A DNA stretch of 50,819 nt from Folioceros fuciformis (GCA_049999805.1 JBNGIO010006317.1:388909-439727), one strand, 5' to 3'. Positions 11,640 through 24,465 are shown, numbered from the stretch's first letter. Numbers and translations are program-made. Notes: a model not told the origin generated them from the letters alone.

Positions 11640-13790
11640 AATTTTATAAATTCTTTAGCAGCTATTTATATAGTTAAAAACTTAATTATTTTTTATTTTT
11701 CTATACGGGATGCAACTGCACTTTGGAATTCCTTGTTGCACTCATAATTTTTTTTTTTGAGTTTTAAGCATAGTGCAATCGTTGCTTATAGGCAAAACCA
11801 AAATGGGGGCCAAGAGACATGCTCTCATTCAAAAGCTTACTTTGCAAAAATGGCGGCAAAGAGACATGCTCTCATTCAAAAGCTTCCTTTGCAATTGATT
11901 TTGTCAATGCCATCACTGCCACCACTTGTTCTATTCCTCCCCTCTCGTTGGAGTACACTCCTCGTCACCAACTATGAGGTTTTGCCCCATAGCCTTGGTT
12001 AAGCGTGAGCTTTAGGTCAAACCACATATTAGAGTTCCCCCTACCCCACAAAGACATAAAGGGCTTCTATCACTTTTTTCCACTACTTGTGTCACAAACG
12101 ATTGCCTTGTTGGAACGTTGTTGCAAAGTGACAATGCTCCTTTCCTACCTCCTTTTCTACCTACCAATACTAGTGCTGGCGTTTCAAGCCCCATTTCCCA
12201 CTCCGCTTACACCCTCCTTCTTCATTGGTGCTGCAGCAATTTTTTGCTATTGCACTCCACTCTTTAACTTGGGCCCTTCCTCTCTCACTCGTCGGCCTTT
12301 CTACTTGAAGTCTCGATGTTAGTGTCTCCTTCCGCCAAACTTTACCACAAGGCCTTCTCTAAGTTGTCTGCATCCACCTCCCAACCCACATTTTCCTCAG
12401 TAATGACTTCATTGTAAGAAGCATGCCAAACAAGCCAAAGCGCCTTGGTCGATAGTACTTCACTTCGAAACCTAGATGGTGAGTAGAGTAGCAGAGGAGG
12501 TGCGGATTTGAGAGAACGCACATATTCTTAGCGGTGGTAACTATGTTTATGTAAATGCATTTTGCTCCCCCAAGATAGAGGTGCCCAAAACATGAATGTC
12601 ACGCCTGGGCAAATGGATCATGTTGTACACCAATGTTTGAACTAAGTGGAACAGGATTTTGATATCAGTCAATTGGTTGTGATCTAAAGAGGACCAATAC
12701 CACTCAAATAAGAGGTTCACCAATGGGACATGAAGAATTGGTATGTGGTCTATACTCATCATGTAGATCTTTGTATGTTATCTTTTGCCAAAGAATTAGG
12801 GGTGCATGTAGTAGAAGTAGTGGAGAAGATGTGACTAGTCACTTTTTGGCTTAGCATGTCTAGAATGAAGTAAAGATTGGAATGCACGACCTTCTACTTG
12901 TGCTTCATACTCTTCCTATTGATTGGTAAGTTTGATGTCCTCTATGTATAGCAAGAGCCTTCTTTTGAAATGACAAATAGTGTTGCATCAATAGTGAATC
13001 CGAGTACATATTTGCCTACATTGAGGCAAGAGATCAAAAAAAAGTTCACTAGTTTGAGGCATATAGAATACGTACAATGTGTGATCATGGTGTGAATAGT
13101 GGGAGCACCATGAGATAAGAAATGGGTTGGCCTTTGCATTAGATCAACAAGAGCTATATGAGCAATTGTGTGCATCACGTGTAAGGTTATGGAATTACAA
13201 AAGATTATGAAGCAAGTATTGATGTGAAAGAGATTATGAAGCAAGTATTGATGTGAAAGTATGCATTGGCCACATGGGAATGCTGATGTTTACTTACAAT
13301 TGAATAGAGCACATGGTGTAGTACTTGACTTCGGGGCTGAATGAAGAAAAGCATGAAATTCTAGATGCCTGCAATGTAAGAGCAATACCTCGCAAGATTG
13401 AGTGGGGGGAGTGCTAAGAGACAAGACCCTATAAATATCATTCCTATAATTATCTACCTCTTTGACGAGGTTGTGATGTGAAATGATAAAGAGCATACCT
13501 CTCACCTATGTTGATGAATTCGTTGCCAGACTTGCATTTCTTGCAAGCCATCATTGCAAACCAATGCTGACACATGATTACAAAAAATGGTCACAATTGT
13601 ACCAAACACCTTGTAGTGTGCATCTTTCTTTGTCTTCCCCCTTCCACCTTAAGACGGTGTCGTGCTATAAGGGATCTTGCCAATCAACATCTGACTATCT
13701 TGACCTAAGATTGTATACTCCTAAATACATTATATAAATGTATATGTATTCACATAATATGAGGTGGCTAGCCTCTACTTATATTCTTAC
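11640..13790. mobile_element. AT-rich degenerate transposon-derived DNA (unclassified)
   Basis: Low GC, CpG-poor, small internal duplications (about 11812-11885 and 13203-13260), contiguous with the gypsy relic; no intact ORF. Confidence 0.5.
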
Positions 13791-13804
13791 AATAGTGCAC
13801 TCAG

Positions 13805-14240
13805 ATGTCTTCCCTTGGGTGCTTCCTCCCCATCGTGCACACCAAAGTTGTCGATCATCTTTCCACTCTCTGGTGGCTCATTTCACATGAGATCGATGAA
13901 AGGAACAGCTTCTGCTTCTTCCTTAATGTGAGTGTATATTTACAATAAAACATAGATGCCTCCCCTTGGGTGCTTCCTCCCCATTGTGCACACCAAAGTT
14001 GACGGTCATCTTTCCACTCTCTGGTGGCTCACTTCACATGAGATCGATGAAAGGAACACCTTCTCTACTCCTTCTTGCTCAATGTGAGTGAATATTTACA
14101 ATAAAACATAGATGCCTCCCCTTGGGGTGCTTCCTCCCCATCGTGCACATCAAACTTGTTAGTCATCTTTCCACTCTCTAGTGGCTCACTTCTCATGAGA
14201 TCGATGAAAGTGATAGCTTCTCTGCTCCTTCTCCCTCAAC
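13805..14240. repeat. Three tandem copies of a ~150-156 bp unit at the start of the putative 3' LTR
   Basis: CCCTTGGGTGCTTCCTCCCCAT...CATCTTTCCACTCTCT...GAGATCGATGAAAG recurs at about 13812, 13963 and 14119. Confidence 0.9.
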
Positions 14241-15720
14241 GTAAACGGAATACATCAAGCTCATCACCCCCCTCCCCCTTAATCTGCCGCTCAACTTTCA
14301 TTGGCAAGACAGATTAACAAAACTATTCAGAACATGCCCCATATAACACCGTCCTCAATCCATCTCCATTAAGTTATAATGTCCTTTTCACAATGTATCA
14401 ATTGTAACGCACATTGGACAAAACCACTGCCCCTTAGACACAGCCTCCAATGGTGGTTCCAAACAGAAAATGTGCGACGCATCATTGCACCTATCACACA
14501 ACAACATGCAATGGTCACTACCCAGATCTCCACATCCAATATAAGCAAATCCCTTTCTCGGTATGAAAGCTTGTACATCAATCGCTAGATTCAAGTGAGG
14601 CAAATGACACGGTGCACGATTTTTCATGTGCTCCAAACAAGTTGTACTATCCCTTCCTTCAAGCTCTAAGACCCCATTGGGTTTCACACTCCTCACCCTC
14701 AATATTACCCTACTAGCACTTGTATCAATAGTTGTCGACGTCTTCCTGCAAGTATGCGTAATCCCCTACTTCAATTTTTCTCATTTTAGGTTTGAAATGG
14801 CTACTCATTGTTTTCTTATATCTCAACTCATCCCTATGTTGAGCTATCAATAAGTTATCCATCACCATGGGCATAACCCTCTTAAACCACTGATTGGGAT
14901 CATCCAATTTCACAACAATATCCACCTTGTCCGCTAACATCCTCAACAATTGTGGTCTTTGCCCAAATGACAATGTGGTCTCTGCCCAAATGGCAACATG
15001 TAAAGTGAAAATTTTTCCAATGTCGCGTGCCTACTCATCCTATAACCCATTGCAAGGAAAGGCAACATTCTGTCCCACTCATTTTTATCCATTACCAAGC
15101 AATATTTCCTTAGAGCTTTCTTACACGTTTGCACCATTCTTTCTACTAAACCATCAGCCTCTAAATGATTTCTAGAAGTAACCCTATGATCAATAAGATA
15201 TTCGTTTAAAAGTTCATCAAACTCCACCATAAACTCTATACCCTAATCTGTCAAAACTTCAACACAAGCTCCAAACACACTCAATACATGATTGAGAAAT
15301 GCCTCCTTGATTGCCACCGCCTTCTTCTCTCTCAAGGGAACCAAAACTATCCACTTTGAGAAATGTTCTATCATTATCAACACATATCTCAATCCTCTAC
15401 GAGTAACTAATTGGTAATTCTCCAGCCAAGTCCAAATTCCATCTATAAAACATTTTTGTAATAGGCAACGAGTGAAGCTGAGAAGTTTTCCCTTAAAAAC
15501 TCGCTTTCACTCTATCACATACCTCACAAGTAGATGCAACCTTCTCTACTACATCCATCATTCCCTTCCAATAATAATTATTCATGAGCAAACTTAATGT
15601 TCTCTTTGTACCAAAATGCCCCAACTCCTCATGAATCTTCCTTGCCAGGTCTATCCTGTCTTCTATTTTTGGCACCACCTTCATGTTTTCTCTAAACAAC
15701 AATTTACCATCAACCCATAC

Positions 15721-15840
15721 ATATCTTCTAGCTCATTTTGTCACTCTATCATTTTTCTTCACAATCAATATTTTTCCATTATATCTTCTAGCTCGTTTTT
15801 TCACTCTATCATTTTTCTTCACAATCAATATTTTTCCATT
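15721..15840. repeat. 60-bp tandem duplication inside gypsy pol
   Basis: 15721-15780 and 15781-15840 are near identical. Confidence 0.9.
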
Positions 15841-16271
15841 TTCCGCCCATCAGTATACGATCCATGGTATTATGCATCTCCCAAATATCTACTGTTGCCA
15901 AAAACTTCCCTGGCTCTACAAGATTTATCAAATATGCACTTGGTGTCTACCTAGACACTACTAAATTACACTCCTCACTTATATCCTTCTCAAAATCCTG
16001 TTGAACAATCGTCATATCCACTGAACTCCCCAATGGATTCTTTGACAACACATTCCTATTAGCATGCTTCACTCCTACTCTATGTTCTACAGAAAAATTA
16101 TACTCTTGCAAAATGAATGCCCACCTCGCCAACTTGCCTGTTAACTTTTCACTTCTCATCAACCATTTCAAAGGCTGATGATTAGTAACTAACTCAAAGT
16201 GTGTTCCATACAAATATGGTGTAAAATGTGACATTGCCTACATTGCTGCCAAACATCCCAATGATACAACG

Positions 16272-16868
16272 GGCTACTTGGAGCCTAGTGCTGAGTTGTG
16301 TGAGAGAGAAGGTGGGCTACTTGGAGCCTAGTGCTGAGTCGTGTGAGAGGGAGTTGAGTGGTATGCAAGTCGTCAGTGGACGGTGGGCCACTTGGAGCTT
16401 AGTGTTGAGTCGTGTGAGAGATGTTGGGCTACTTAGAGCCTAGTGCTGAGTCGTGTGAGAGAGATGGTGGGCTACTTGGAGCCTAGTGCTGAGTCGTGTG
16501 AGAGAGATGGTGAGCTACTTGGAGCCTAGTGCTGAGTCATGTGAGAGAGATGGTGGGCTACTTNNNNNNNNNNNNNNNNNNNNNNNNNNNNNNNNNNNNN
16601 NNNNNNNNNNNNNNNNNNNNNNNNNNNNNNNNNNNNNNNNNNNNNNNNNNNNNNNNNNNNNNNACTTGGAGCCTAGTGCTGAGTCATGTGAGAGAGATGG
16701 TGGGCTACTTGGAGCCTAGTGCTGAGTCATGTGAGAGAGATGGTGGGCTACTTGGAGCCTAGTGCTGAGTCATGTGAGAGAGATGGTGGGCTACTTGGAG
16801 CCTAGTGCTGAGTCATGTGAGAGAGATGGTGGGCTACTTAGAGCCTAGTGTTGAGTCGTGTGAGAGAG
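16272..16868. repeat. 43-bp minisatellite array (CTACTTGGAGCCTAGTGCTGAGTCATGTGAGAGAGATGGTGGG) interrupted by a 100-N assembly gap (16564-16663)
   Basis: Head-to-tail near-identical units on both sides of the N run. Confidence 0.95.
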
Positions 16869-17172
16869 TTGAGTGTTTTGTGTGTGAGAGGGAGTAGAGT
16901 GATTTGTGTGTGAGAAAGAATAGAGTGATTTGTGTGTGAGAAAGAATAGAGTGATTTGTGTGTGTTGAGTCGGGTGAGAGAGAGTTAAGTGATTTGTGTG
17001 AGAGAGGGAGTCGAGTGACTCGTGTGTGAGAGGGAGTTGAGTGATCCATGTGTGAGAGGGAATCGAGTGATTTGTGTGTGAGAGGGAGTCGAATGAGTTG
17101 TGTGTGAAAAAGGGTCGAGTAATTTTTGTGTGAAAGGGAATCGAGTGATTTATCTGTAAGAAGGAGTCGAGT
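16869..17172. repeat. Diverged ~25-bp tandem repeat (GAGTGATTTGTGTGTGAGAGGGAGT-like)
   Basis: About a dozen imperfect copies following the 43-bp array. Confidence 0.85.
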
Positions 17173-17344
17173 GGAGCACTGAGGAGTGAATGGACGAGAT
17201 CCGAGGCCGTTGCTTCCTTTTATAAAGAGGGGGCGTTACTACAGCAGCCGAGACTGACATAGGGAAATATAATGTTCCATTAGCTATGGAGCAGAACTTG
17301 ACGGGAAACCCAACATAATGCCCAGACCGAGGGGTCTGATCTCC

Positions 17345-19299
17345 TCAAGCACCAATGGTAGTTCCGACGGGTTGAACTAAGTAAGAGACAGAGAGCACTG
17401 CACTTGCAATGAGCTCGACCCTGGTTGACACGATCTGCACAGCAAAAAATTATTCACGAGTCCCACGGCGTCTCGGTACAACCCGGAACGATGGTGTGAT
17501 TCGGCTTACTTCCAGATACGACGAGTGTTGCAAAAATGCCTCCAATGCTTCCTCTGCAACAACAAACCTCGCCCTCTAGGACTCACTGTTTTCATCACAA
17601 GACAGGCGGAGAACTGACAGAGAACAACATCACTTACCGGATGGTAGACGAGCGACATAACAATGTGTGTAACCACCGTTGCGAGACGAGAAATTTGTTC
17701 CTGCACTTAATAAACTAAAGATGCTATTAGATCTTCTGCTTCTGCACTGGAGAGCTTCCGCGCCGCGCTGTCTAAGGACATGAGCATTGAACAGCAGAAA
17801 AAGGCGAGACTGCATTACACAATAAAAAGGCTGCGAATTAAGGACTTGTCATGAACCCATTCAAAAATAACTGACCAGCCGTTATCTGCACAATGCTGTC
17901 ACCCAGCTTATCGGGCAGTTCCAACAATGCCCTGAGCAAACTGTCAACTGCTTCTTCGCTCGTGTCCTCTTTCATCTTGAGCAACGTTATAAGTTCGACG
18001 CCCTGCTCGAATTTCTGGAACCGCGGACACAAAGAAAGGACACGACCTTCCTGTGTTAAGAAATGAAAAATGGTGAACAGCACACAGGGCAAACTTATGT
18101 CAGCTTGCAGCAGAACAGTTATTCGCTGGCACTCACCTCGCCCCTACGAAACAGGGGCTCAATATCATCCTCTACGTTTGCCTCAAAGTCGCCTTCAAAC
18201 AAACCCTGCAGATGTCTCACATTCGGTGAATAAGCACAAAATTACGGGGCCTAGAACGGCTGCAAGGGGGAAGGCTTCAATGAAATTGGAGAGCCTGGTA
18301 GCTACACAACAGAAATCAGTCCTGCTATCATCACATACATAGTAGAAAGGCCTGATAAGCTCATTTGCCACTTTCAACCGAGCGGGATGATTCATATACT
18401 CGACAAGAGACTCCTTACTTGGAAACCGAGTGAAAAAGCCATGAGTCACGCCCTCGGAATTGGCGGAGGTCACGCGTCCTGCACACGGATAACACATAGC
18501 AGCCATGCCACTGTAGCTGGAGCCAAACATCGGTCGATGCGGCCAGTCTGCGAAGCTAAAAGTAAGACAGTGACAAGCCAGCATCTTCACCTAACGAGAT
18601 TGCGAGAACTCCTCTACAATGATACTGTAGAGTATACAAATGGTCCAGCATTTCTTTCTCTTGATCCTCGGTAAAGCCTTCCTTCATGCGAAAGAGAACA
18701 ACGTGATCTATGACCTTCCTGCAGCGCGCTGCCCACACATGAAGAAAATCCAATTTGGGGCCAGGCACGAAAGTAGCCACAAACTGTCAAGCACGTCACC
18801 TGACGGCAACAGGCTTAGAAGCCCCTCCATTTATGGAAGAATTCCCGTTGAGAACTGACGCCGCCATCTTGAGCAGACCGCCTTCCCCTTCCGCTCGATG
18901 GCTACCAGAGCCCGCCCTACCTTTTCCTGCACAGAGACAACCATGGTTGTGACAATGCATCAATTCTAAAGAGAAGAGGGCTGCGCTCCAACAATCAGCG
19001 GCCGTTTTCAGACTAACAGCGTACTCACCAGCGGCAGAAATCCTGAAGAACCAACGCCGGGCGCTCTGTAGGCTGTCTTCCACAGAGCAGCTATACTTGC
19101 AGGAGAAAGGAGCTTGCGCGGTGCGCAACGGAGAAGAGAGCAGACTGGAGCAGCAGCCACCCCAGAATGAAAATACGGATCGGTGACTATTGACACTGAG
19201 CTCCTGCGGGAAGCGAGAAGAGGAGGCAAGGGTTAGAGGGCGTCGCCACCAGGGAGAAGCAAGGGAAAGATCGGCCGGAAGTAGAAAAAACATAGCCAT
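17345..19299 (-). CDS. Stress-responsive A/B barrel (Dabb) two-domain protein with probable plastid transit peptide
   Basis: Spliced exons give KVIDHVVLFRMKEG...EKEMLDHLYTLQY, THGFFTRFPSKESLVEYMNHPARLKVANE, GDFEANVEDDIEPLFRRGE, GTNFSSRNGGYTH and ...VQPVGTTIGA*. Ser/Arg-rich N-terminus from ATG 19299. Confidence 0.88.
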
Positions 19300-19743
19300 C
19301 GAGACACGGTACAGGAGACGATGGCCATGGCTTCGGCACTCCACCTGCCACTCACAGACTCAGGTCACTCTCACACACTGTGGTCCACTTGTTCCTGTGT
19401 TTTGCTTTTCATCGAAGGATACCACTAACTCTGGAGTTAGTGTAATTCGTGGTTAACAGGCGCTCCGTTAACAATCGTTCATCGACGCGAAAAGTAAGTC
19501 ACAAGGGGTTGAATTACATACAATGTACATAAATTTTTTCTTGGTTTCGAACTACCTCTACGGAGGAACAACGAGCCCTTTCTACATATTATAATATGAT
19601 TAGGTAGCAAGTTTCTTCAAAGAAATACCATAAGCACACTCAACTTAGCAGAACAATCCACCAAGCAGAACAAAGTTCCACTCCAAGAACCGACAGGGTG
19701 TCCGACTGGCTACGGCCTTCAGAAATCTGCCACACTCACTGAA

Positions 19744-20560
19744 TCACTGAGTGCCCGACCGCAAGGCCCTCTCCAGCTTCTCCACTGGGAGAAGAGGAAT
19801 GTAGCTAGAGAGGGGCAAATGACGCTCCTTCAAGGCAAGAACCACATGATTAAGCTTATCTGCACCATAGAGAGCCGGAGGAGCCACAGCATCCACAACC
19901 CGAGGAACAAGAGGAAGCATCCTGACTGTTTGCCAAGTGTCGTAGGACCATTGTTCAGCCACAGGCTCGATCTTGCAGTAGTAGGACTTTGCCGTGCCGT
20001 AAAGTCCTTGCTGCTTTACGTCAGTATAGACAATTTGGGACTTGTCCTTCACACTTTGAGGGACAACTCCATCGAGGAAGTTGATTGTGAAATCCACCTG
20101 CGAAAAGCGAAAATCCGGAGGCTGGGGCTCCCCCCTTCCTGCTAACTCTACCTAGCAAACAAAAAAAGATGAAATAGTTGGACTACCTGCTTATCCACGA
20201 ACTGTAGGAGCTCCGTGGGCTTGCTGTGGAATTGCTGAATCACAGGACCGACTACGGTCTTCACGGTGCCCTCCACACTGTCAACTCCAGGTTTCAGGGG
20301 GCCGGAGCTGTCCTTAGCCCGCTCATACACAGTCACCACATAGGATGTGGCCTGGATCACAGCTACTCGGAAGAAGTCGAGATACTTCAATTCTACCTAC
20401 TCACCAGCGACGCATTCCACATGCAAGTCTAAGACACATGGTTATGTAAAGTAAAACTCCGAGTCACAAACAGTGACATGAAATTTCGCAGCGGCGAAAA
20501 GCGGCACAACTAATAGCATACCTGGTCCGCCGGTTTCTCGGACTGCTCCACGGCGGCCAT
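19744..20560 (-). CDS. REF/SRPP family lipid-droplet-associated protein (LDAP), copy A, 3 exons
   Basis: Exons 20560-20522 (MAAVEQSEKPADQ), 20396-20187 (LKYLDFF...YERAKDSSGPLKPGVDSVEGTVKTVVGPV) and 20097-19744 (...SYIPLLPVEKL); REF family signatures. Confidence 0.94.
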
Positions 20561-21334
20561 CGGTGCTCACGCAGAAAAATAATGAGAAAACAACCTGAAC
20601 AATGCACGTTACAACACCGTCGATACAAACGGTGCAGCCAGACTGAAAGATGACCTTTCAACCAGGTCCAAATCTTGCCGCGCGAGCTCTACCTCATCAG
20701 TAAGGGAACAAACCGCGCACTCAAACTCACCAAGATCCTTGACACAACTTGCCAAGCACTTACGAAACACTCTCAAACTCCCTGAAATTCTGAAGAGCAA
20801 AATTACTGTCAGGCCTGCGACAGTAGCACTCCGCAGCATAGAATCGGCTCTCCATGTGACGACCGTAGCAAAGACTCTCCGTAGACCAAGCTCAGTCGCC
20901 ACAGACAGTGGGGGCAAGCAGCATAGCCAGCAGGAGCCATGAAATGGAAAGTCTGAGGCACGAGGAAAACCTTAAAGCTCTGCCTGCAGAGCGCTGCGAT
21001 GTGATCCACAGGGGCGCACTGTCCGAAGTGCAGATCGTGAGACAAGGACCAGATCGAACCGCAACCGCAGGAGGGGAGCAGAACCACAGAGCGTGTGGTA
21101 CAAGCGACGAAGCATTGGCATTTCACTAGTGCATATGCTGCAAGAACTATCAATAGAGCGCGTATGTACCTAGACATGCGCCCTTAGTGGACTGAAATAG
21201 AAAAGAATTCTTCGTCGTCATGCACCCTTCGTAGAAGAGGAGAGTGGTTCAGGTGAAATGAGAGGAGGATTGACAGAAAGACAGAAAGTAATTGACAGAA
21301 TGGGTGACAAGTCATTCGGGAACAGTGAGCTCCA

Positions 21335-21344
21335 GCCACGTGGC
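21335..21344. promoter_or_regulatory. Palindromic G-box/ABRE GCCACGTGGC upstream of REF copy A
   Basis: Perfect 10-bp G-box between the two REF genes. Confidence 0.5.
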
Positions 21345-21689
21345 GGCGAACCGTCGGGGCCAGGGCAATGCCCTTTGGACACCCAAGCTTATCAGAGACA
21401 TTTACCCGAGCTACACGTAAAGTAACAGAGTTGAGACTAAGAGGGAAATGGAAGAGAACGGGATACCTGTCAGCAGGGTGTTAAGAAATGAAGTCGACAA
21501 CAAGATGAAAATATCCTCCTCCGGAGCACCCTTGCTTCAGCAGTTTGCAGTTTGCAGTTTGCAGTGAGTGACAATGCACAAAGTTGAGCGACTACATGCC
21601 AAAAGAAGATAGCGCTTTAACCCTTATTTACAAGAGTCATCACAAGCCACCACTGCTCTCAACGAATCTCAAGGTTCTGGAAAAAGTTC

Positions 21690-22797
21690 CTAAGCAGAGG
21701 CGGGTGCATCTGCCTCTGATGAAAGATTCTCCTCTCCTCTGGGTTCTGCTTTCTCAGACAACTCCCCACCTTCTGACGGTGACTTCTCCACTTTTTCCGT
21801 TGTCGACTCTTCTGGTTCGGGTTCAGCAGATTGTTTAGCCTCAGGGGCCGTTTCTTCTACTCCTCCACCATTCGAGTCCTTAGAATCTGCAGCCGTTTGC
21901 TTCCGGATGATTCTCTCAATCGTCTCAACCGGGACCCGAGGTATGTACTCGGAAAGTGGCAGATGATGCTCCTTCAACTGCAGAACGACCTGGTTCAGCT
22001 TATTGGCGCTGTAAAGAGCAGTTGGGGCAACCAAGTCCACGATCTGTGGAACAAAGGGGAAAGACAAAAACTTCTGGAACGCCTTGTAAGACAGCTCCTC
22101 GGCATATGGCTCGTACTTCTCGTAGTAATTCTTGGCCGTCTCATACACACCCTGTTCATTCACGTCCGCCAGGACAGTTCTAGCAGCTTCGGGAGCTTGA
22201 CTGACCAGCTCATAGACCACAACGGACGTCTGTCGAATGAACTGGGGAAACGCCTCTTCAAGAACAGACACAGCTGCATCCACCTGGAAAGGAAACCTGC
22301 AGAGTCAGCAACCGCTATGTTCGACGTCTCCCGAACCCACCGAATAGCAAAATCTACCTCACCTTGCTGTCAATGAACTGAAGGAACTCGGCTGGCTTGC
22401 TGTGGAACTGCTTATAAACAGGGCCAACCACCGTCTTCACCGTTCCCTCGACACTATCCACTCCCGGTTTCAATGGTCCTGAGCTTTCCTTCGCATACTC
22501 ATAGATGCTTGCTACATAACTCGTCGCTTTCAAGACAATTAAACGGAAAATGTCCAGATACTTGAGATGAACTTCCTGCAAACCATGAATTTTAGTGCAC
22601 TCGTGAGACCCGTTACTCTACATTCCTCCCAACGCTGCAGGTTCAACGACCCACAAGCACTCGCCCAAAGAGCTACGCACTGAGCCCACCCTCAGCAAAC
22701 AAGAAGATACGCGCTGACCCTGCGGTTCTCCACCTCAACTATGAAACAGACATGAAAAATTCGAGCCACTTACAGCAGTTTGCTGATCCACTGCCAT
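21690..22797 (-). CDS. REF/SRPP family lipid-droplet-associated protein (LDAP), copy B with acidic C-terminal extension, 3 exons
   Basis: MAVDQQTA|GTAAGT from 22797; exon 2 EVHLKYLDIF...AKESSGPLKPGVDSVEGTVKTVVGPVY; exon 3 22283-21690 (YIPRVPVETI plus Glu-rich tail). Confidence 0.94.
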
Positions 22798-24465
22798 CTC
22801 GGGAGACAAGCGTACGTCTGCAGCGCCGGGAAAAAAAAAAAAAGGGTCATGGCTCGGACAGCGACCTCGCGGGCTACAGCAAACACACCTCCACTGCGGC
22901 TACAGGTTGCAATCACGTCTCACACACCCAGACCTATCAAGCAAGCCCGATTCCATGCACAACGCACCAGCTCAAAATCGCCCCCAGAACCGCTCTCGCC
23001 GCCCCTCAAGCCTACAGCGCACGACACTTGAAGCTTCTTCACTCACAACATAAAACAGACGAGGAGGAACAATAAAGTAAAACTGCCCCTTCCAGACAAA
23101 ATTCCTCAGGAGCGCACTCGTCCCGCAGTCAGCCACGCATGCAAACCTGCCGCAACTCCTGCCAACCACAGACTCAGATGCCACCGCCGTTACACAGTCC
23201 AAAACCGGAGGACTCAGGCAAAAATTGTAACAGCCGCAACAGCGAGAGCAAGAAGCCGGCATATGGCAGAGAACGCACGCGCCGGGTCTAGCGCTTCCCT
23301 CAACGCGTGACACCTGCAGGCTCGGGAGTGGGAAAGTGCAGACCCGCTGGTCGAGGCGTCAGTGCAAGAGAGATGCGCCCCGCCTTAGCGCTTCCCTCCC
23401 ATTCCTCTCCAGCGCAAAGCTCATAAGAGTGGATATAGACCGGGCGATCTAATCGGCCCGGGAGCAAATCACGGGGCCACATGGCCTGCGTGCTTCCAGG
23501 TGCCACGCGGGGGCCAAATCCTGGATGCAGAAGCCTCGGGAAATTGTCATTCTATAAAAGCCAAGTCGTGAACAGGTGGGACGTGGTGCCTACCTACAAA
23601 ACCTGGCGGCTACCCAAAGTCAGTGGGGTCAGCCGGTCCGCGTCGGTACCAGTTGGAACCTTGTGACTTCCAGTTGCAAGCTTATCTATCGCTAACGCAA
23701 CATCCTTATTCCCTGTTCAATAAGGACACAAACCAAATTCAACCCTCCTACGATTCCGGCCTCGCGACTCAAAGCACAGCACGTCCAAACAAATCTGCAA
23801 TTCTCATTGGCGCAAGTTGGATCAAGAATAATGCGCTTACCTCGAAATGTATGCCGTTTTCTCAGTGCCATGTCCTTCCTCCGGGAACAGCCGCCAGCAC
23901 AGATTTCTGTGAGGAGGAAAATATGAACTTCAGAGCTTGCTTGCGTGCCACAACTGTGCTGAAGTGAAGAGATGGAGGCTACAGTCATCTCAGATTTGTA
24001 GTGCACAGATGTAGTCATCCCAGATTGAGTTCCCCGCAAGTAAAACTTGAAATTGTATTCCCATGCTTGCCTAAGTGAAGTTCGCAAAACCTTGGAGTAA
24101 TCCTTGCTTCGCTCGGTGGAGCATCGACAAACAGAATTGCCGAATGCGGCTCATTACCTCCGCACCGCGCATCAGCAGCCGTCAGAGCACAGTTGCTTCA
24201 TCCCTAGTGAGCGCCACCGGCATTCTCCTTGTCCTCGAAGCGTCGATGCAATTCCGATGGCCTTGAACAGAAATATTTACCCGAGCGAGGAATGCATCAT
24301 GGCAGGCTACAGCTTCTACTCCTTGAGGCCCGGAAGATAGAACGATCAACGAGAGGAAGACGGCGGACATGAAGAAGCGAGAGGTTCATTAGGGTTTACG
24401 AATTGAAGCGAATTGGAGCCAAGTTCAAGAGAACGGCGGCAAGAGCATGAGCAGGCGGGGTGGGG

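Larger units (their letters stand above)
13805..16260 (-). mobile_element. Degenerate Ty3/gypsy LTR retrotransposon: RNase H, integrase, C-terminal PHD finger, PPT and 3' LTR start
   Basis: RNase H (HFTPYLYGTHFELVTNHQPLKWL...KLARWAFILQEY, 15947-16234); integrase Zn domain (HEELGHFG...YYWKGM...CEVC, 15493-15702); core (HLEADGLVERMVQTCK, 14943-15230); PHD 14409-14543; polypurine tract AAGGGGGAGGGGGG (14267-14280) followed by TG at 14266. RH-INT order indicates gypsy. Many stops and frameshifts. Confidence 0.93.
16262..17243 (-). mobile_element. LTR-like segment (TGTAGTAA...GTTGTATCA on minus strand) largely made of tandem repeats
   Basis: Minus strand starts TGTAGTAACGCCCCCTCTTTATAAAAGG (TATA-like) at 17243 and ends GTTGTATCA at 16262, directly against the truncated RNase H region. 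No 5-bp TSD seen. Confidence 0.5.

Noticed and set aside
16272..16868. 43-bp repeats as a CRISPR array
   Set aside because: Units are head-to-tail with no unique spacers, there are no cas genes, and the context is eukaryotic.
23692..24397. Possible spliced minus-strand transcript divergent from the glutaredoxin (telo-box at 24389)
   Set aside because: Some splice-like sites but no consistent reading frame or domain could be built.
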